Assembly: GCA_964016885.1 (NCBI GenBank)
Contig: OZ024748.1
Span: 4,526,001-4,590,000, forward strand
Direction: 5' to 3'
From: Eledone cirrhosa
Lineage: Eukaryota
Length of the DNA stretch: 64,000 bases
This document shows, one piece after another, positions 1 to 14,114 of the stretch (within the stretch, counting starts at the first letter, position 1; each line of letters opens with the position of its first letter). Under the pieces are notes generated by a model. That model did not search any database. It was not told where the DNA came from and worked only from the letters and a program-made list of their open reading frames with translations. The position numbers and the translations under genes were made by a program.

Positions 1-344
1 ACCATTGCCAACCAAAGCCCTTTGTTATGTGGTCTGGTTGCATCCACACGCACTATCCTCCCACAACACACACAATCCTCCCACACACATGAACAAAGCC
101 CCACCCTCCACACACACACACGTGTGTATATCTCTTACCTTCATCTAATTACCGAAAACTGTAATGCCACTCATTAAAACAAAGTGCAGCAGTGACTGTA
201 TTGTAGAGATAAAAGTGAAATTGAGGTAAACCTGTACGAATTTTATCGGGGGTAGATTTATACCTATTTTATGGCCTTTCAAGCGGGTATCACAGGGTGC
301 AATGATATGCAATAGATCTTTGCACACACGCACACACACACACG

Positions 345-552
<208 letters not shown>

Positions 553-635
553 TATGCATGTATGTATATATATATGCATATATATATATAGTTATAGGAA
601 TAACCAAAGAGTGCTTAGAAATACATTGTTTTATT

Positions 636-682
636 AACTAACGGTGTTTCATCCATACCCGATGACAGGAATCATCAGAGCC
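636..682 (-). ncRNA. Minimal type I hammerhead ribozyme motif (degenerate) in a PLE-like end abutting (TA)n
   Basis: Minus strand reads GGCU-CUGAUGA-U-UCC..GGA-U-GAAA-C-acc-G-UU-AGUU, followed by AATAAA and then the (TA)n array ending at 590. Confidence 0.55.
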
Positions 683-1260
683 TATAAACATGAGTATATC
701 AGTAGTTGCATGCTCCATCGAGCTGCGTCACCAGAACAAGGTTAAATGACCAGCAGGGGGGTCCCGAGGCCAGCACTATATGGAAAAAGACAGAATACAT
801 GATGCACATAGTGTCATAAAATGTCTTAAAAATTAAAAAATTAATAATTAAAAATTACACCAAAAATTGATCACCAAGGGCAATATATATGCATGTCTGA
901 CACCAGTATTATCACCATCACCACCGCCACCACCAGAACAACAACAACACTTCAAAAAGACGTCAACAACAACAACAGTTAAAGCCATTTTAAATTAATG
1001 GTGGTTATATTATTATCCAACATCTGCCCAAGATGATGTACTCTGCTATATATCATTATTAGAATTTTACTTTAGAAGAAAATGATTAACAGTTGTTGTC
1101 TCTCTTTCTTTTTCACTGTCTCTCTCCGAGTATTATACACTTATATATATACTTATATACATGCTCATATGCGTATATATATATGAGTGTGTGTACATAT
1201 GTATATATATATATATATACATATATATCTATATCTATGTATATATATTTATATATGAAC

Positions 1261-1313
<53 letters not shown>

Positions 1314-1328
1314 TATATACACACACAT

Positions 1329-1432
<104 letters not shown>

Positions 1433-1485
1433 ATGAGTCTCTGGGTGAGGATTCACACACGTATACCTTTTTTCATGATAGTTAC

Positions 1486-1594
1486 CCCCCGTCACAGCAA
1501 ATTGTCGCTAAATACACTTGAAAATATGTCAACAATGAAATGACTCGTTTCAATTGAAACAAGATTAATTTTGATTTCATTTTCATGAGCAAAA
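1486..1594 (-). CDS. Candidate exon, possibly a signal-peptide-like first coding exon ([33 protein letters not shown])
   Basis: Strong polypyrimidine acceptor ttttttcttctgtttcttctttcag, ATG at 1586, donor GG|GTAACT; unique sequence between microsatellites; no homology recognised. Confidence 0.25.
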
Positions 1595-1848
1595 CTGAAA
1601 GAAGAAACAGAAGAAAAAAATTACTAGAGATCAGACTGAGCAAGAGAAAGAGTAGGGGGAGAAGGGTGTTTGTGAAGAAAGTGGGAGTAAATAGACTTTG
1701 ACTGAATAAATGACAAAACAACCATAAAATCGGGGTTTACTGTATAAAAACAACAATACACATAACAATACACACAACAATAATACATCAACAACAATAC
1801 AATCTACTTATATATGTTTATGTCTATCTGTCTATCTAGCTATCTATT

Positions 1849-1879
<31 letters not shown>

Positions 1880-1921
1880 CCATCCATCTCTCTCTCTCTC
1901 TAAATATATATATCTCTATGA

Positions 1922-1975
<54 letters not shown>

Positions 1976-2377
1976 TTATATATATATATATATATTTATT
2001 TATTTATATACGTACCTATCTCTCTATCTTTGTTTATCACTATTTATCCATCCATCCACCACAGCACACGCCCTATCACACCCCACAGTCACACCTCTTC
2101 AATACTCGATTCTTAAAATCAAATATATAAGGCTTTATCTGATATCTACTTCAGTCAAGTCATTTAGTTGCACATCCGTTCTTTTGACGTCTGGTCTTTT
2201 TGATGTGTTTAGTTGTTTAATGTTGTGTATTGTTGTGGGGTTTATATACCATTGTGGAACTGTGGAGAAGGGATGAAACCATCAACGCTGAGAATGAGGC
2301 ATGCTGTTCATTTTCACGCTCTTTTTAAACTTTAAGAGTTCATTTTCGCTGGAATTAATTCTTTAGAAACGCTTCAT

Positions 2378-2418
<41 letters not shown>

Positions 2419-2482
2419 GTATGTATATATATATGTGTGAGTATGTGTGTGTGTATGTATACAAATATATATGTGAACACAA

Positions 2483-2528
<46 letters not shown>

Positions 2529-2865
2529 GGAGGGGGTATGCGCTCATATATATTGTAATGTATATCCATTTGGCGTTATGTGAAATAAATAGACTTAAGT
2601 GATCCGAGGTTGAAGTATATTGTTTTGAACAAACTTCTGGGGAAGTTTTCTAATGGACAGAGATTTTCCAATCGCAGCCTCCCCACGCCACGTCTATATT
2701 CACTTATATACACTCACATATATATACAACACACATTCACGCAGTAACGCTTGTAACAAACTCTTTGCGAATAATCGAACTCGGTATTTAAGCATTCCTA
2801 GTACACCACAGTATTAATTCCATCAGAGAATCCATGTCGCTTTGCTATTTGAAACATGAACAATA

Positions 2866-2993
2866 AAACTAATATTTCTACCCTCACATGTAAATCACTA
2901 GTTTTTCAAATATTTCATAAACCACACGCCTGTATGGTTTATGAAATATCTGAAAAACTAGTGATATACATGTGAGGGTAGAAATATTAGTTT
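2866..2993. repeat. ~128-bp imperfect palindrome (fold-back)
   Basis: aaactaatatttctaccctcacatgt..aaacca pairs with tggttt..acatgtgagggtagaaatattagttt, few mismatches. Confidence 0.85.
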
Positions 2994-2994
2994 G

Positions 2995-3175
2995 AGTCGT
3001 TAGATAATTGGATTCGCAATCGTGAGGTTGTGAGTTCGGTTCCCGGACCGGGCGATGCGTTATGTCCTTGAGTAAGACACTTTATTTCACGTTGCTCCTT
3101 CTACATGGAGTTGCGACCGATAGACAGTATTATCAATTGGAAAAACCAATGGAAACATTGTTTCGTCGGTCCAAT
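2995..3175 (+). mobile_element. tRNA-derived SINE, octopus OR/CORE-like
   Basis: B-box-like gagttcggttccc followed by tgtccttgagtaagacactttatttcacgttgctcc; same body recurs at 6754-6870. Confidence 0.75.
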
Positions 3176-3419
3176 TTTACGGAAGTCGATCGTTCTTTAT
3201 ACAACCAACTAAATATGTGTGCCACGGTGTAACTATGTCTGACTATGTATGATTATTTGAGTATGTGTGTATTTATGTATGTGTAATTGTCTTTGTGACT
3301 ATGTCTGTGTATGACTATTTGTGTATGTGTATGTGTGTATTTGTGTATGTGTATGTGTATTTGTGTATGTGTATGTGTGTATTTATGTATGTGTATGTGT
3401 GTATTTATGTATGCGTGAA

Positions 3420-3600
3420 GAGGCGAAATGGCAGAAAAGTTAACCCATCGTGAAGAGTGCCTTGCGGTATCTGTTTCAGTTGTATACATGATCTGCGCTC
3501 AAATCCAGCCGAGCTCAACGTTGTCTTTCATTTTTTCGAGGTCAGTAAAAAAAAGTACCAGTCTAATACTGAGGTAGATTTTTCCTATATATCTCTTCCC
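3420..3600 (+). mobile_element. Old, diverged OK-like SINE
   Basis: Degenerate match to the tcaaatcc-gccgag-..ctttcat..-aagtaccagt..tactg core of the other copies. Confidence 0.6.
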
Positions 3601-3614
3601 CACTTCCCATGTGT

Positions 3615-3810
3615 GCATGTGTGTATGTGTATTAAATCTCCCAACATTTTTTATATTCATTTAGTAAACTTTTAAGCAAAAATATTTCGTTCGTGTCTTA
3701 GAACCCCAGTAAAGTTATAGATCTTTTTTTTTATTATTTTGTATTAGAAAATGAAACTGGCAAATATATTTTACTCTTTCGTCACTTGGTAATTTCTCTC
3801 CCCTCTGCCT
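3615..3810. repeat. Unclassified interspersed repeat, second copy at 18595-18790
   Basis: Shared aaatctc-caacatttttt-atattcattt..gcaaatatattttactctttcgtcacttggtaatttctct, both copies ending in CT-rich tracts. Confidence 0.75.
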
Positions 3811-4140
3811 CTCTCCCCCTCCCCCCTCTCACTCCCCCTCTCGCTCCCCCTCTCCCTCTCTGTGGAAGTAATTGGCCGTGTTTTAATCTGGAAACATGAA
3901 GAATTCCGCTAGGTTTAAAAATACTCATGTAGCGCTGTATGTCACTATGCACACGTGGTGAGCTAGAAAACGAGATGATGCAGCAATAAATATTAACAAC
4001 AGTACATTATCCAGCCCTGCTAGTAAAAGTACTACTACCATTAAGAGGTATTGAACTCGGGTCTAAATGTGACAGAACTATATACAACAGAACCTTTGTG
4101 TACCATACGTAAATACAGCAACGTTATAACTATTTCTCTC

Positions 4141-4570
<430 letters not shown>

Positions 4571-4653
4571 TATATATGTATAACCTTACACAGACTAGTG
4601 GTTTCATCTAGGCACATGCATTTTCAGAATATATGTATGTATGTATATGTATG

Positions 4654-4692
<39 letters not shown>

Positions 4693-4806
4693 TTGTGTAT
4701 GTGTATATATAGTGACAGAGAAACGTCGAAATTACCTTCACTTCCACCAAGAGTGAATCTAATATAACAGCGTAAAATTACCTCCTGTGTTTTTCAGTTA
4801 ATTTCC

Positions 4807-4864
<58 letters not shown>

Positions 4865-5416
4865 CGGTGTTATATGTGTGCGTGTGTCTATAGAGATACA
4901 TTAGCTGTCTATGGCTCCTTCGATTTGTCCAGTTCATAATTAAATTTGCTGGCTTTCATTTTTCTTTCAGTTTTCCCATATATGTATATGTTTTTGCTTT
5001 TTGTTCATTCTTCTGTTCCTTTCTTTTCATTCTGTTTTCATTCTCTTCACCGTGATGGGATTTACCACCAGAAGTAAACACAACCTAACAGACCAATTAC
5101 GCTCATTTCAAAATTTCCACGCGTCCCTTCATCATATAAATGAGAAAAAGAACTGATCTCCCTATTGTGTTCAAGCCCTCTTATGCTTTAACTTTTTCTT
5201 ATTCCACGGATTATCATTGCAACCTGGAATTTTCGTTACATACACAAGAAAGAGAAGATTGTAAAGTGAAGTTTTGTTTTCTTTTGTATTCGTGGTGGAC
5301 AAATGTTCTTATTATTATAGAAAGTAACGTTAAATGATTTTTTTTTCGTGTGTGTTTGCAAATGTTTGTAAATGTGCGAATGTTTTTGTGTGTGTGTGTA
5401 TGTTTTGTGTGTATAG

Positions 5417-5486
<70 letters not shown>

Positions 5487-6009
5487 TGGCCATCTTGTCC
5501 ATCTCATCCCCACTTCTCTCAATCAGTGGTATTATAGCTTATTGTGAGCATTGACTGATGTCTTTTTCAATACCATTGGACAACAACACCACCATCACCA
5601 CCACCACAAAAAGAAGAAAAAAGAAAGAGACATTACGGCCTATTAGCCGATTGAGTGGCCGGCTGTCTGTCTATGGCTGACAGGCTGTATAGTAAAGCCG
5701 TTAACTTCAGCCAACTAAAGTCCAATTGTTGAGAGAAAAGGCCAGTAACTCTATTGTCTTCTCTTATACTACATTCAACATTGTGTATGTTGAAAGAAGT
5801 TTTAGGTGGTTGCTCGAATTAACAAGCAAATCTCCCAAATTCACCACATGGAAATTTTAACTCAGAATGTAAAATAACCGGGACAAATGTCGCTCTACCG
5901 ATTCTGCTCTTGGTCCTCAGTCCTTTGCAAGAGTTAACTTTTAGTTGTTGCTAGACCTATTGTTGCTAGAATTCATCTGAGTGAATTCTAGCAACGTGAA
6001 CTTAAGAGA

Positions 6010-6102
6010 TTTGCTCAAGATATCATCAAACTGCTCCTCTTGGGTATCGAACTCACATCCTTCCGATAGTGAGGCTAACACCCTAGCCACTAGGTTATAC
6101 TC
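6010..6102 (-). mobile_element. tRNA-derived SINE head (OR-like)
   Basis: Reverse complement shows A-box tagtggctagg, B-box gagttcgataccc and cttgagcaa. Confidence 0.55.
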
Positions 6103-6149
6103 CACACCATTGTAAAATAGAGATATCAGGAAGTAATATTAAAATAATG

Positions 6150-6366
6150 GTTTCTTATATAGGCACAAGGCCAGCAATATGGGAGGAGGGGGAAAGTAGA
6201 TTAAATCGACCTCAGTGCGTGACTGGTACTTTATTTTACCGACCCCGTAAGTATGAAAGGCAAAGTTAACCTCAGAGGGATTTGAACTATGATCATAAAG
6301 GAACGTAACTCTATGCGGTAAAGCATAGCGTTCGACTCTCTGCCGTTACTGCCAATCCACCGCCCT
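6150..6366 (-). mobile_element. Full-length OK-like tRNA SINE with 19-bp TSD
   Basis: Family core (gaccccgtaag-atgaaaggcaaagttaacctc); TSD aagtaatattaaaataatg at 6131-6149 and 6367-6385. Confidence 0.9.
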
Positions 6367-6753
6367 AAGTAATATTAAAATAATGAATAAATATAGCAAT
6401 AATTACGAAATTAACAATCACATTCCGGATTATTGAAATAATATTTACTTTCTTCCTCTTCATCTTTGCATCTCTCTGACTTTAAAATAATCTTTCACCA
6501 ACAAATTAATGACATCTCAAATATAATTAATATTATTTTCTACAAACAACCGTTCTCTTTTTATTTTATTTTTGTTCTAACTAATTTAATATTTTCTACT
6601 GAGTCTCTGACGGACATTCGATCATTGATGAAGGTAAAGAATGTTGGTAAATAGTACTAAGTGGTGATGGTGGTGTTAGGGAGGGAGAGGTATTATAGGA
6701 TGTAGTAATTTATGGCTGATGTATTAAGTAGTGCTGGTGGTGTAGGGATATGC

Positions 6754-6870
6754 CTTATGTTCTTGAGCAAGACACTTTATTTCACGTTCCTCCTTCTGCC
6801 TGGATTTGCGACCGGTAGATAGTATTAACAACTGGAAAGACAAATGGAAACATTTCTTCCTCGGTCCTAT
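6754..6870 (+). mobile_element. OR/CORE-like SINE fragment
   Basis: Homologous to 3060-3175. Confidence 0.7.
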
Positions 6871-7523
6871 TTGAGGATCTCCACCCTATTCGTTAAGCAT
6901 ATGGGTTCTGGGATCTTGTCAATCGATATATATATATATATGGTGCAATAGCCTATAGTCTCTTTTATTTGGCACTAAAAAATGTAATTACCGAGATTCG
7001 AACCAAAGTAATTTATTTGCGAGTAGACCCCCCCCCCCCCAAAAAAAAAACCCGACAACCTGACCATCAGAACACACTTTCTCTTTCTTTTCAACACACT
7101 ATGGATACAACATATAAAATAATAAATATAAAATAATAAATATAAAATAATAAATACACAAAACTGAATCTTTAACCCTCATTCCACTATTTCTATATAA
7201 AAGAACAGTTATTCTCCAACCAGACTTTCGAGAATATATTTATTAATCAAAACAAAAATAGAAAAAATAATAAATAAATAAAAGCACAAAAAACAGAACG
7301 AAGATATAATAATAATGATGATAATAATAATGATGATAATAATAATAGTAATGATAGTCAATGTGTGAAAAGATAAATGATGGAAATTTAATGGTGGACG
7401 TCATCTCGTCTTAATTCCTTTATCATGAAGTTTTATGAGGTGGTGGGTGAACGGCTCAGTGGATTGGGGAGGGGAGTGAGTGAGTGTCATGGACAGAATT
7501 ATAAGAAAACCACACACACACAC

Positions 7524-7580
<57 letters not shown>

Positions 7581-7650
7581 AATATATATATATATATATT
7601 GTATAAACATATTTGTTTGCAAATATAGATGTAAACCAAACACACACACA

Positions 7651-7726
<76 letters not shown>

Positions 7727-8122
7727 GATATGTACACACACCTACACACACGGACATCTATGTATATATACATATATGCACACATGTGTACATATATATT
7801 CACACACCACGAAAAAAAATAACCTACCACAGAGTGAAGAAGTTGCTAATTTCCTCCCCCAATGTCAACAATGCTACCAACATTTCTACAAAACACATTA
7901 CCACCTAAACCACAACTACAAGACGCTCCATCAATTACTACCACTATTTTCTCTATTGTCAATACAACCTGTATCATGATCATCGCATCAACATATTCAT
8001 CAGATGTATCATCATCATCGCAGTCTTCACCAAGAACATTCTCATCATCATCATCATCAACACGTTCATCAAATTCATCATTATGATCAAAATGATCGTC
8101 ATCATCATCATTATTATCGTCA

Positions 8123-8234
8123 TCCCGCTTACGAGGTTAACTTTGCCTTTCATCCTTACGAGGTCGATAAAACTAAGTACCAGTAATACACTGGGGTAAT
8201 TGCCGGCTTTGTGCCAAAAGTAGAAACAAGTATT
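8123..8234 (+). mobile_element. 5'-truncated OK-like SINE
   Basis: gaggttaactttgcctttcatccttacgaggtcgataaaa..tagaaacaa. Confidence 0.85.
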
Positions 8235-8343
8235 GTCGTTATCAGCATGCCCATCTTCATCATCATCATCACACACGTCATTATATTATTTTCATCATCA
8301 TTATATTATTTTCATCATCATCATTAAGTTCATCAACTTCAAC

Positions 8344-8391
<48 letters not shown>

Positions 8392-8465
8392 GTCGTCGTC
8401 ATCACCATACTCATCGTCATCATCATCACCGTCTTCATCATCATCACAAACGCCATTATATTACT

Positions 8466-8630
8466 TCGGACGCCATGCTTTGCAGCAAGTAGTTACGCCC
8501 CTTTATGGTCTCAGTTCAAATCCCGCTGAGGTTAACTTCGCCTTTCATCCTTACGGGGGTCTATAAAATAAAGTACCAGTAATACACTGGGATAATTACT
8601 GGCCTTGTGTTAAAAGTAGAAACAATTATT
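8466..8630 (+). mobile_element. OK-like SINE
   Basis: Family core with 3' ..ggccttgtg..agtagaaacaattatt. Confidence 0.85.
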
Positions 8631-8734
8631 TCTATCGCTTTCCTCATCATTGTCATGGTGATTAAAACTGGTGGATTTATAAATCTGCCAACATTTGTGA
8701 AACTTCCAAAATATTAAATTTCTGAAAGTGCCGA

Positions 8735-9135
8735 GATCTGTAAAACTTCCTGATCTCTACAACTTACAGATCTCTACAACTACCAGATCAGAGAAGCTTC
8801 AGGGTCTGTAGAACTGGCATAGCACTAAAGCTTCCATATCTGTAGAACTGCCATGCAGTAAAACCTCCAGATCTGTACAACTGCTATTGTACTAAAGCGT
8901 CCAGATCTGTACAACTGCCATTGTACTAAAGTGTCCAGATCTGTACAACTGCTATTGTACTAAAGCTTCCAGATCTGTACAACTGCCATTGTACTAAAGC
9001 GTCCAGATCTGTACAACTGCTATTGTACTAAAGCGTCCAGATCTGTACAACTTCCATTGCAGTAACAATTCCAGATCTGCAGGTTGTAACGCTTCCAGAT
9101 TTGTACAGCTGCTAAATCTGTGTATCTACCAAATC
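8735..9135. repeat. 34-bp minisatellite (ccagatctgtacaactgctattgtactaaagcgt) with 17-bp substructure
   Basis: About 6 near-perfect central units with degenerate flanking units. Confidence 0.9.
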
Positions 9136-9988
9136 TGCCAAGTTACCGGATTAGTAAATAATACAGTATAACGATGATGATGATGGTGTAATGCTGGTAA
9201 TACTGATAGTGAGGATGACGATTATGATGATGATGATGATGATGAAACTAAGACGACCAAAATATAAGATTTTCTTTCAGGTCTGTCAAGACAAATTTGT
9301 TAATTTGTAGTGTTATCTAAATAAATAAATAAATATTTCTTACACACTCACATTTTCCCATACCCCACCACACTATACCACAGTCATACACGCACACACA
9401 CACACATATATACATATATATATTTATATATACATATATATAGACAAATGTACACACACACACAACTGTCATTCTATTTAAATATCACTGTATTATATTT
9501 ACAATTAAACTAACGTTACACACACACTCACAAACACACATATATATATACATATACGTTAGTGTAAGTATGTGTATTACTATATAGAATAGCTTCCACT
9601 GTATATATATCAATGAATGCTTATAGTAAAGAGATAGTAGAATATCCGGCAATTAAGATGTAATTAGTAGGGTTTGTATTTTCACAGGTAGTAAAACATC
9701 TGCTGACCGTTTATTCCTCACTTTAGTATCTCTAACATATAACAATACAATGAATTGGTGGCAATTATGCCTTGTATTCAAGTTAAAGCCACAACGTGTC
9801 ATATATTTCATATATTACCTGCATCTTTTTCAAATATCTTTCACGCATTTTCTTTTTCCTTTGTGTGTGTATATATTGATATTTGAAAATGATAAGGTAA
9901 TATATGACACCTTGAAAAGATACCTAAAATATCAAATCATGGTGAGGAATACATACATACATACATACATACATACATACATACATAC

Positions 9989-10019
<31 letters not shown>

Positions 10020-10157
10020 CATACATACATACATACATACATACATACATGTATTACATTTTAATCCGACTTAGAATCTGGGGATATGGTCAATATTGAG
10101 CCATGAAACCTTAAGCGCAACTTTAGTTTCGTGTATGAACATAAATATTATACACCC

Positions 10158-10538
10158 GGTGAATTAGCAATATCGGTAGAGGGTCGGACGCCATGCTTTC
10201 CAGCATAGTTACGTCCCTTTACCGCCTGAGTTCAAACCCGAGGAGGTTAACTTTGCCTTTCATCCTTACGGAGTCGATTAAATAAAGTACCAGTAATGTA
10301 CTGGGTAATTGGTGGCCTTGTACCAAAAGTAGAAACAATTATTAAGGCTGGTGGATTAGCAGTATCGGTAGAGGCTCGGACGCCATTCTTTCCAGCATAG
10401 AGTTACGTCCCTTTACGTTCTGAGTTCAGATCCAGCCGTGGTTAACTTTACCTTTCATCCTTACGGGGTCGATAAAATAAAATACCAGTAATGTACTGGT
10501 ATAATTGCTGGCCTCGTGCCAAAAGTAGTAACAATTAT
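10158..10538 (+). mobile_element. Two head-to-tail OK-like SINEs (10158-10343, 10344-10538)
   Basis: Two complete family bodies in tandem. Confidence 0.9.
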
Positions 10539-10970
10539 ATTATATCATACACACACACATACACAGAGACCTGCACACACACACACACACAGAAGTATTA
10601 ACGTAGTTGAAAATAGAAGCAGAGTAAACCAAGTAATATTGGAATTGTGTGTGTGTGCGTGTCTGTCTCTCTGTCTATAGGTGTGTGTACGTGTCTGTCT
10701 CTCTGTCTATAGGTGTGTGTACGTGTCTGTCTCTCTGTCTATAGGTGTGTGTACGTGCTCCCATCTGAACAGTGTTGCCATCACATATTTTACACTGGCA
10801 ATAGTGTTGAGCTCCAGTGTTATCTTGCTTATCTCATTTCATTCAACTTTTTTTCTGTGTGGTTTGTTTGGTACAGTAAATGTTGTTGATAGATTTAGCT
10901 ACTTTACATTTCCAAACACTCAGCAAAGAAACTATACGAAATGATGAGAAAGAAAGCTAGCACACAAACC

Positions 10971-11020
<50 letters not shown>

Positions 11021-11024
11021 GCGG

Positions 11025-11100
<76 letters not shown>

Positions 11101-11101
<1 letters not shown>

Positions 11102-11300
11102 CGAAGGAAATGTGGTAAGGAACCAGGTGGACCATAACGCACCAAAGTACTCAATATTTAGGGTAGTAGAGTGGGTAATAGGAACAAGTAAGACCCCGAC
11201 GGCTGAGCTCAAGCCGTTTCGACGGCTAATTCTGGACAGAATTCAGTCCAGAATTAGCTGTCGAAACGGCTTGAGCTCAGCCGTCGGGGTCTTACTTGTT

Positions 11301-11305
<5 letters not shown>
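11101..11305 (-). mobile_element. PLE-like short element in (TA)n with a 60-bp-arm fold-back (11178-11305); family copy at 58501-58690
   Basis: Near-perfect palindrome (1 mismatch) plus a unique tail; the reverse complement is homologous to 58500-58690. Confidence 0.7.
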
Positions 11306-11370
<65 letters not shown>

Positions 11371-11371
11371 T

Positions 11372-11691
<320 letters not shown>

Positions 11692-11832
11692 GAGAACGCG
11701 AGAGAGATGTGTGTTTGTATGTATGTATATATATATGCAAATTTTGGGCAAATACAGAGAGTTCAATGCAGAAAAATGACCCTACACACACATATATAGT
11801 AATATATATGCATATTTTCTGTATATATGTAC

Positions 11833-11982
<150 letters not shown>

Positions 11983-12276
11983 ATAAATGTGTAAGTGTAT
12001 GACCAGTTACACATACAACATAGGTTGGTGTTGGTTTTATATAACGAAAATGTCTTGAAAAATGCAAGAAAACGTTGAGCTTTTCGCTGTCGATCAGTGA
12101 ACGGAGTTTGTTTCTTCTCTATATAGCGTGTAATTGATTCAAGATGATAGTGCATTGTTCCTGCAGTAATCCTGCCCGTCAGCTAATTAGCTACATCATG
12201 ATTAATTGCGGAGAAGCCAAGGAGACTAGCCATGTGTCACGACCAGCGTTGATTGTACAACTTTATACAATCAAAC

Positions 12277-12277
<1 letters not shown>

Positions 12278-12307
<30 letters not shown>

Positions 12308-12437
12308 CTTCTTCTTCTTCTTCTTCTTCTTCTTCTTCTTCTTCTTCTTCTTCTTCTTCTTCTTCTTCTTCTTCTTCTTCTTCTTCTTCTTCTTCTTCTT
12401 CGTCTTCTTCTTCTTCTTCTTCTTCTTCTTCTTCTTC
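12278..12437. repeat. (CTT)n microsatellite
   Basis: Direct reading; further arrays at 46228-46370 and 51100-51166. Confidence 0.95.
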
Positions 12438-12578
12438 CCAATAGTAGTAGTAATATTCTTAGTAATGTTATTGTCATTCTATTCTTCAATGACATACACA
12501 CACACACATATATAAATATATAAATATATATATATTTATATAAATATATAAATATATATATATTTATATAAATATATA

Positions 12579-12615
<37 letters not shown>

Positions 12616-12765
12616 GCCTAGCTTTAGAAACATTATCAAGACCATTCGCTCACTCTTTACAGAAAAAGGAATTTCCTGATCATAAATATGTCTTTTTTTC
12701 TGTCTTGTATGTATGTATGTATGTATGTATGTATGTATGTATGTATGTATGTATGTATGTATGTA

Positions 12766-13111
12766 TATAACACCTGCAACCCTGATGGTACCCAATGATG
12801 TTGACTTGTTCTTCTTTTTGGTAAATATCATCTTAGTTAAGAGAGTGGGACTGGCTTTGTGCAGTGCCTTTGCTCACTATAAAAGCTTCATGGCACATTG
12901 CTTTATATCTGGAGATCTCTCTGCAATTGTCGTCACATGGTACCATGGGCCCAGCACTATGTGTCAATAATTGTCACAAGTGTAGTGTTTGTACCAGAGT
13001 TTTCAAGTCGTTGGCTGAACTAAAAAATCACACTCGTTCAGCGCATCGGTAGGGGTTCCCCTACATGGATATAAAGTAGTGGCCGTACTCGAAAACGAGT
13101 TGGCAGCCACC
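12766..13111 (+). mobile_element. Non-autonomous RTE-clade-derived retroposon with (TATG)n tail
   Basis: Encodes a C2H2-like terminus CSVCTRVFKSLAELKNHTRSAHR*; 3' end gccgtactcgaaaacgagttggcagccacc(atgt)n; homologous to 33991-34341 and 21665-22118. Confidence 0.75.
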
Positions 13112-13239
13112 ATGTATGTATGTATGTATGTATGTATGTATGTATGTATGTATGTATGTATGTATGTATGTATGTATGTATGTACGTACGTATGTATGCA
13201 TGTTTGTATGTTTGTTTGTATGTATATAATATATAATTC

Positions 13240-13322
13240 CGATAGGTATCTGAAACTCAGAAGATCCCGTTAAGGGTGAAAGCAGCGATTCTTTGCTTAA
13301 ACTTTAATCTGTTATTTTAATT
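13240..13322 (+). mobile_element. PLE-like end with vestigial HHR (family also at 39883-40020, 61577-61784 and 4345-4440)
   Basis: cagaaga-t-ccc-gttaa-ggg-t-gaaa-gcagcgattctttgcttaaactttaatctgttattttaa, then (TA)n. Confidence 0.6.
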
Positions 13323-13324
13323 AA

Positions 13325-13400
<76 letters not shown>

Positions 13401-13648
13401 CATATATATATATATAATTATTGTTTGTCATTTATTTGTTGCTTTTGACGATGATGATGTATGATGCTTTTTTCCGTTATTGTTGTATATATTGTCTTTT
13501 TATATTACTTGGAGTTGTTTTTCTTGCTGTTGTTTCTCGTTTTCATCTTCCTTCTCCCTACCCGCCCCCTCCCCCCACTCCCCGTTTCGTTTGTCTGCAA
13601 TTGAAGAAAGAACGATAATGCAAAAACAAAAAAACAAAAACAATAATC

Positions 13649-13688
<40 letters not shown>

Positions 13689-14038
13689 GCAGGACGATTA
13701 AGACACACACAAAGATGGCGTCAAAAGTCTGAGCTGATGTCGGTTACCATTGAGAGAGTGTGGAGGGGAAGACGGCCATTAAAATGCAATATTCTGCCAT
13801 TCTTCGACAGATGAATGAGCACAGACATGTTTGTTGTCAAAGAAGGAACTGAACTGAACATTTTCGTCGAATCATTCTTACCGAGACGAACAAAATTTCA
13901 ACCATCCATCCATCTATATATGTTTGTACGAACCTTACGTACGTATGTATGTATGTATGTATGTATGTATGTATGTATGTATGTATGTATGTATGTATGT
14001 ATGTATGTATGTATGTATGTATGTATGGATATATATGG

Positions 14039-14114
<76 letters not shown>

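Noticed and set aside
8735-9135. CRISPR-like array
   Set aside because: No unique spacers; contiguous tandem units in eukaryotic DNA.
12864-13052. C2H2 zinc-finger gene
   Set aside because: A single finger at the 3' end of a multi-copy RTE-derived repeat, not a host gene.
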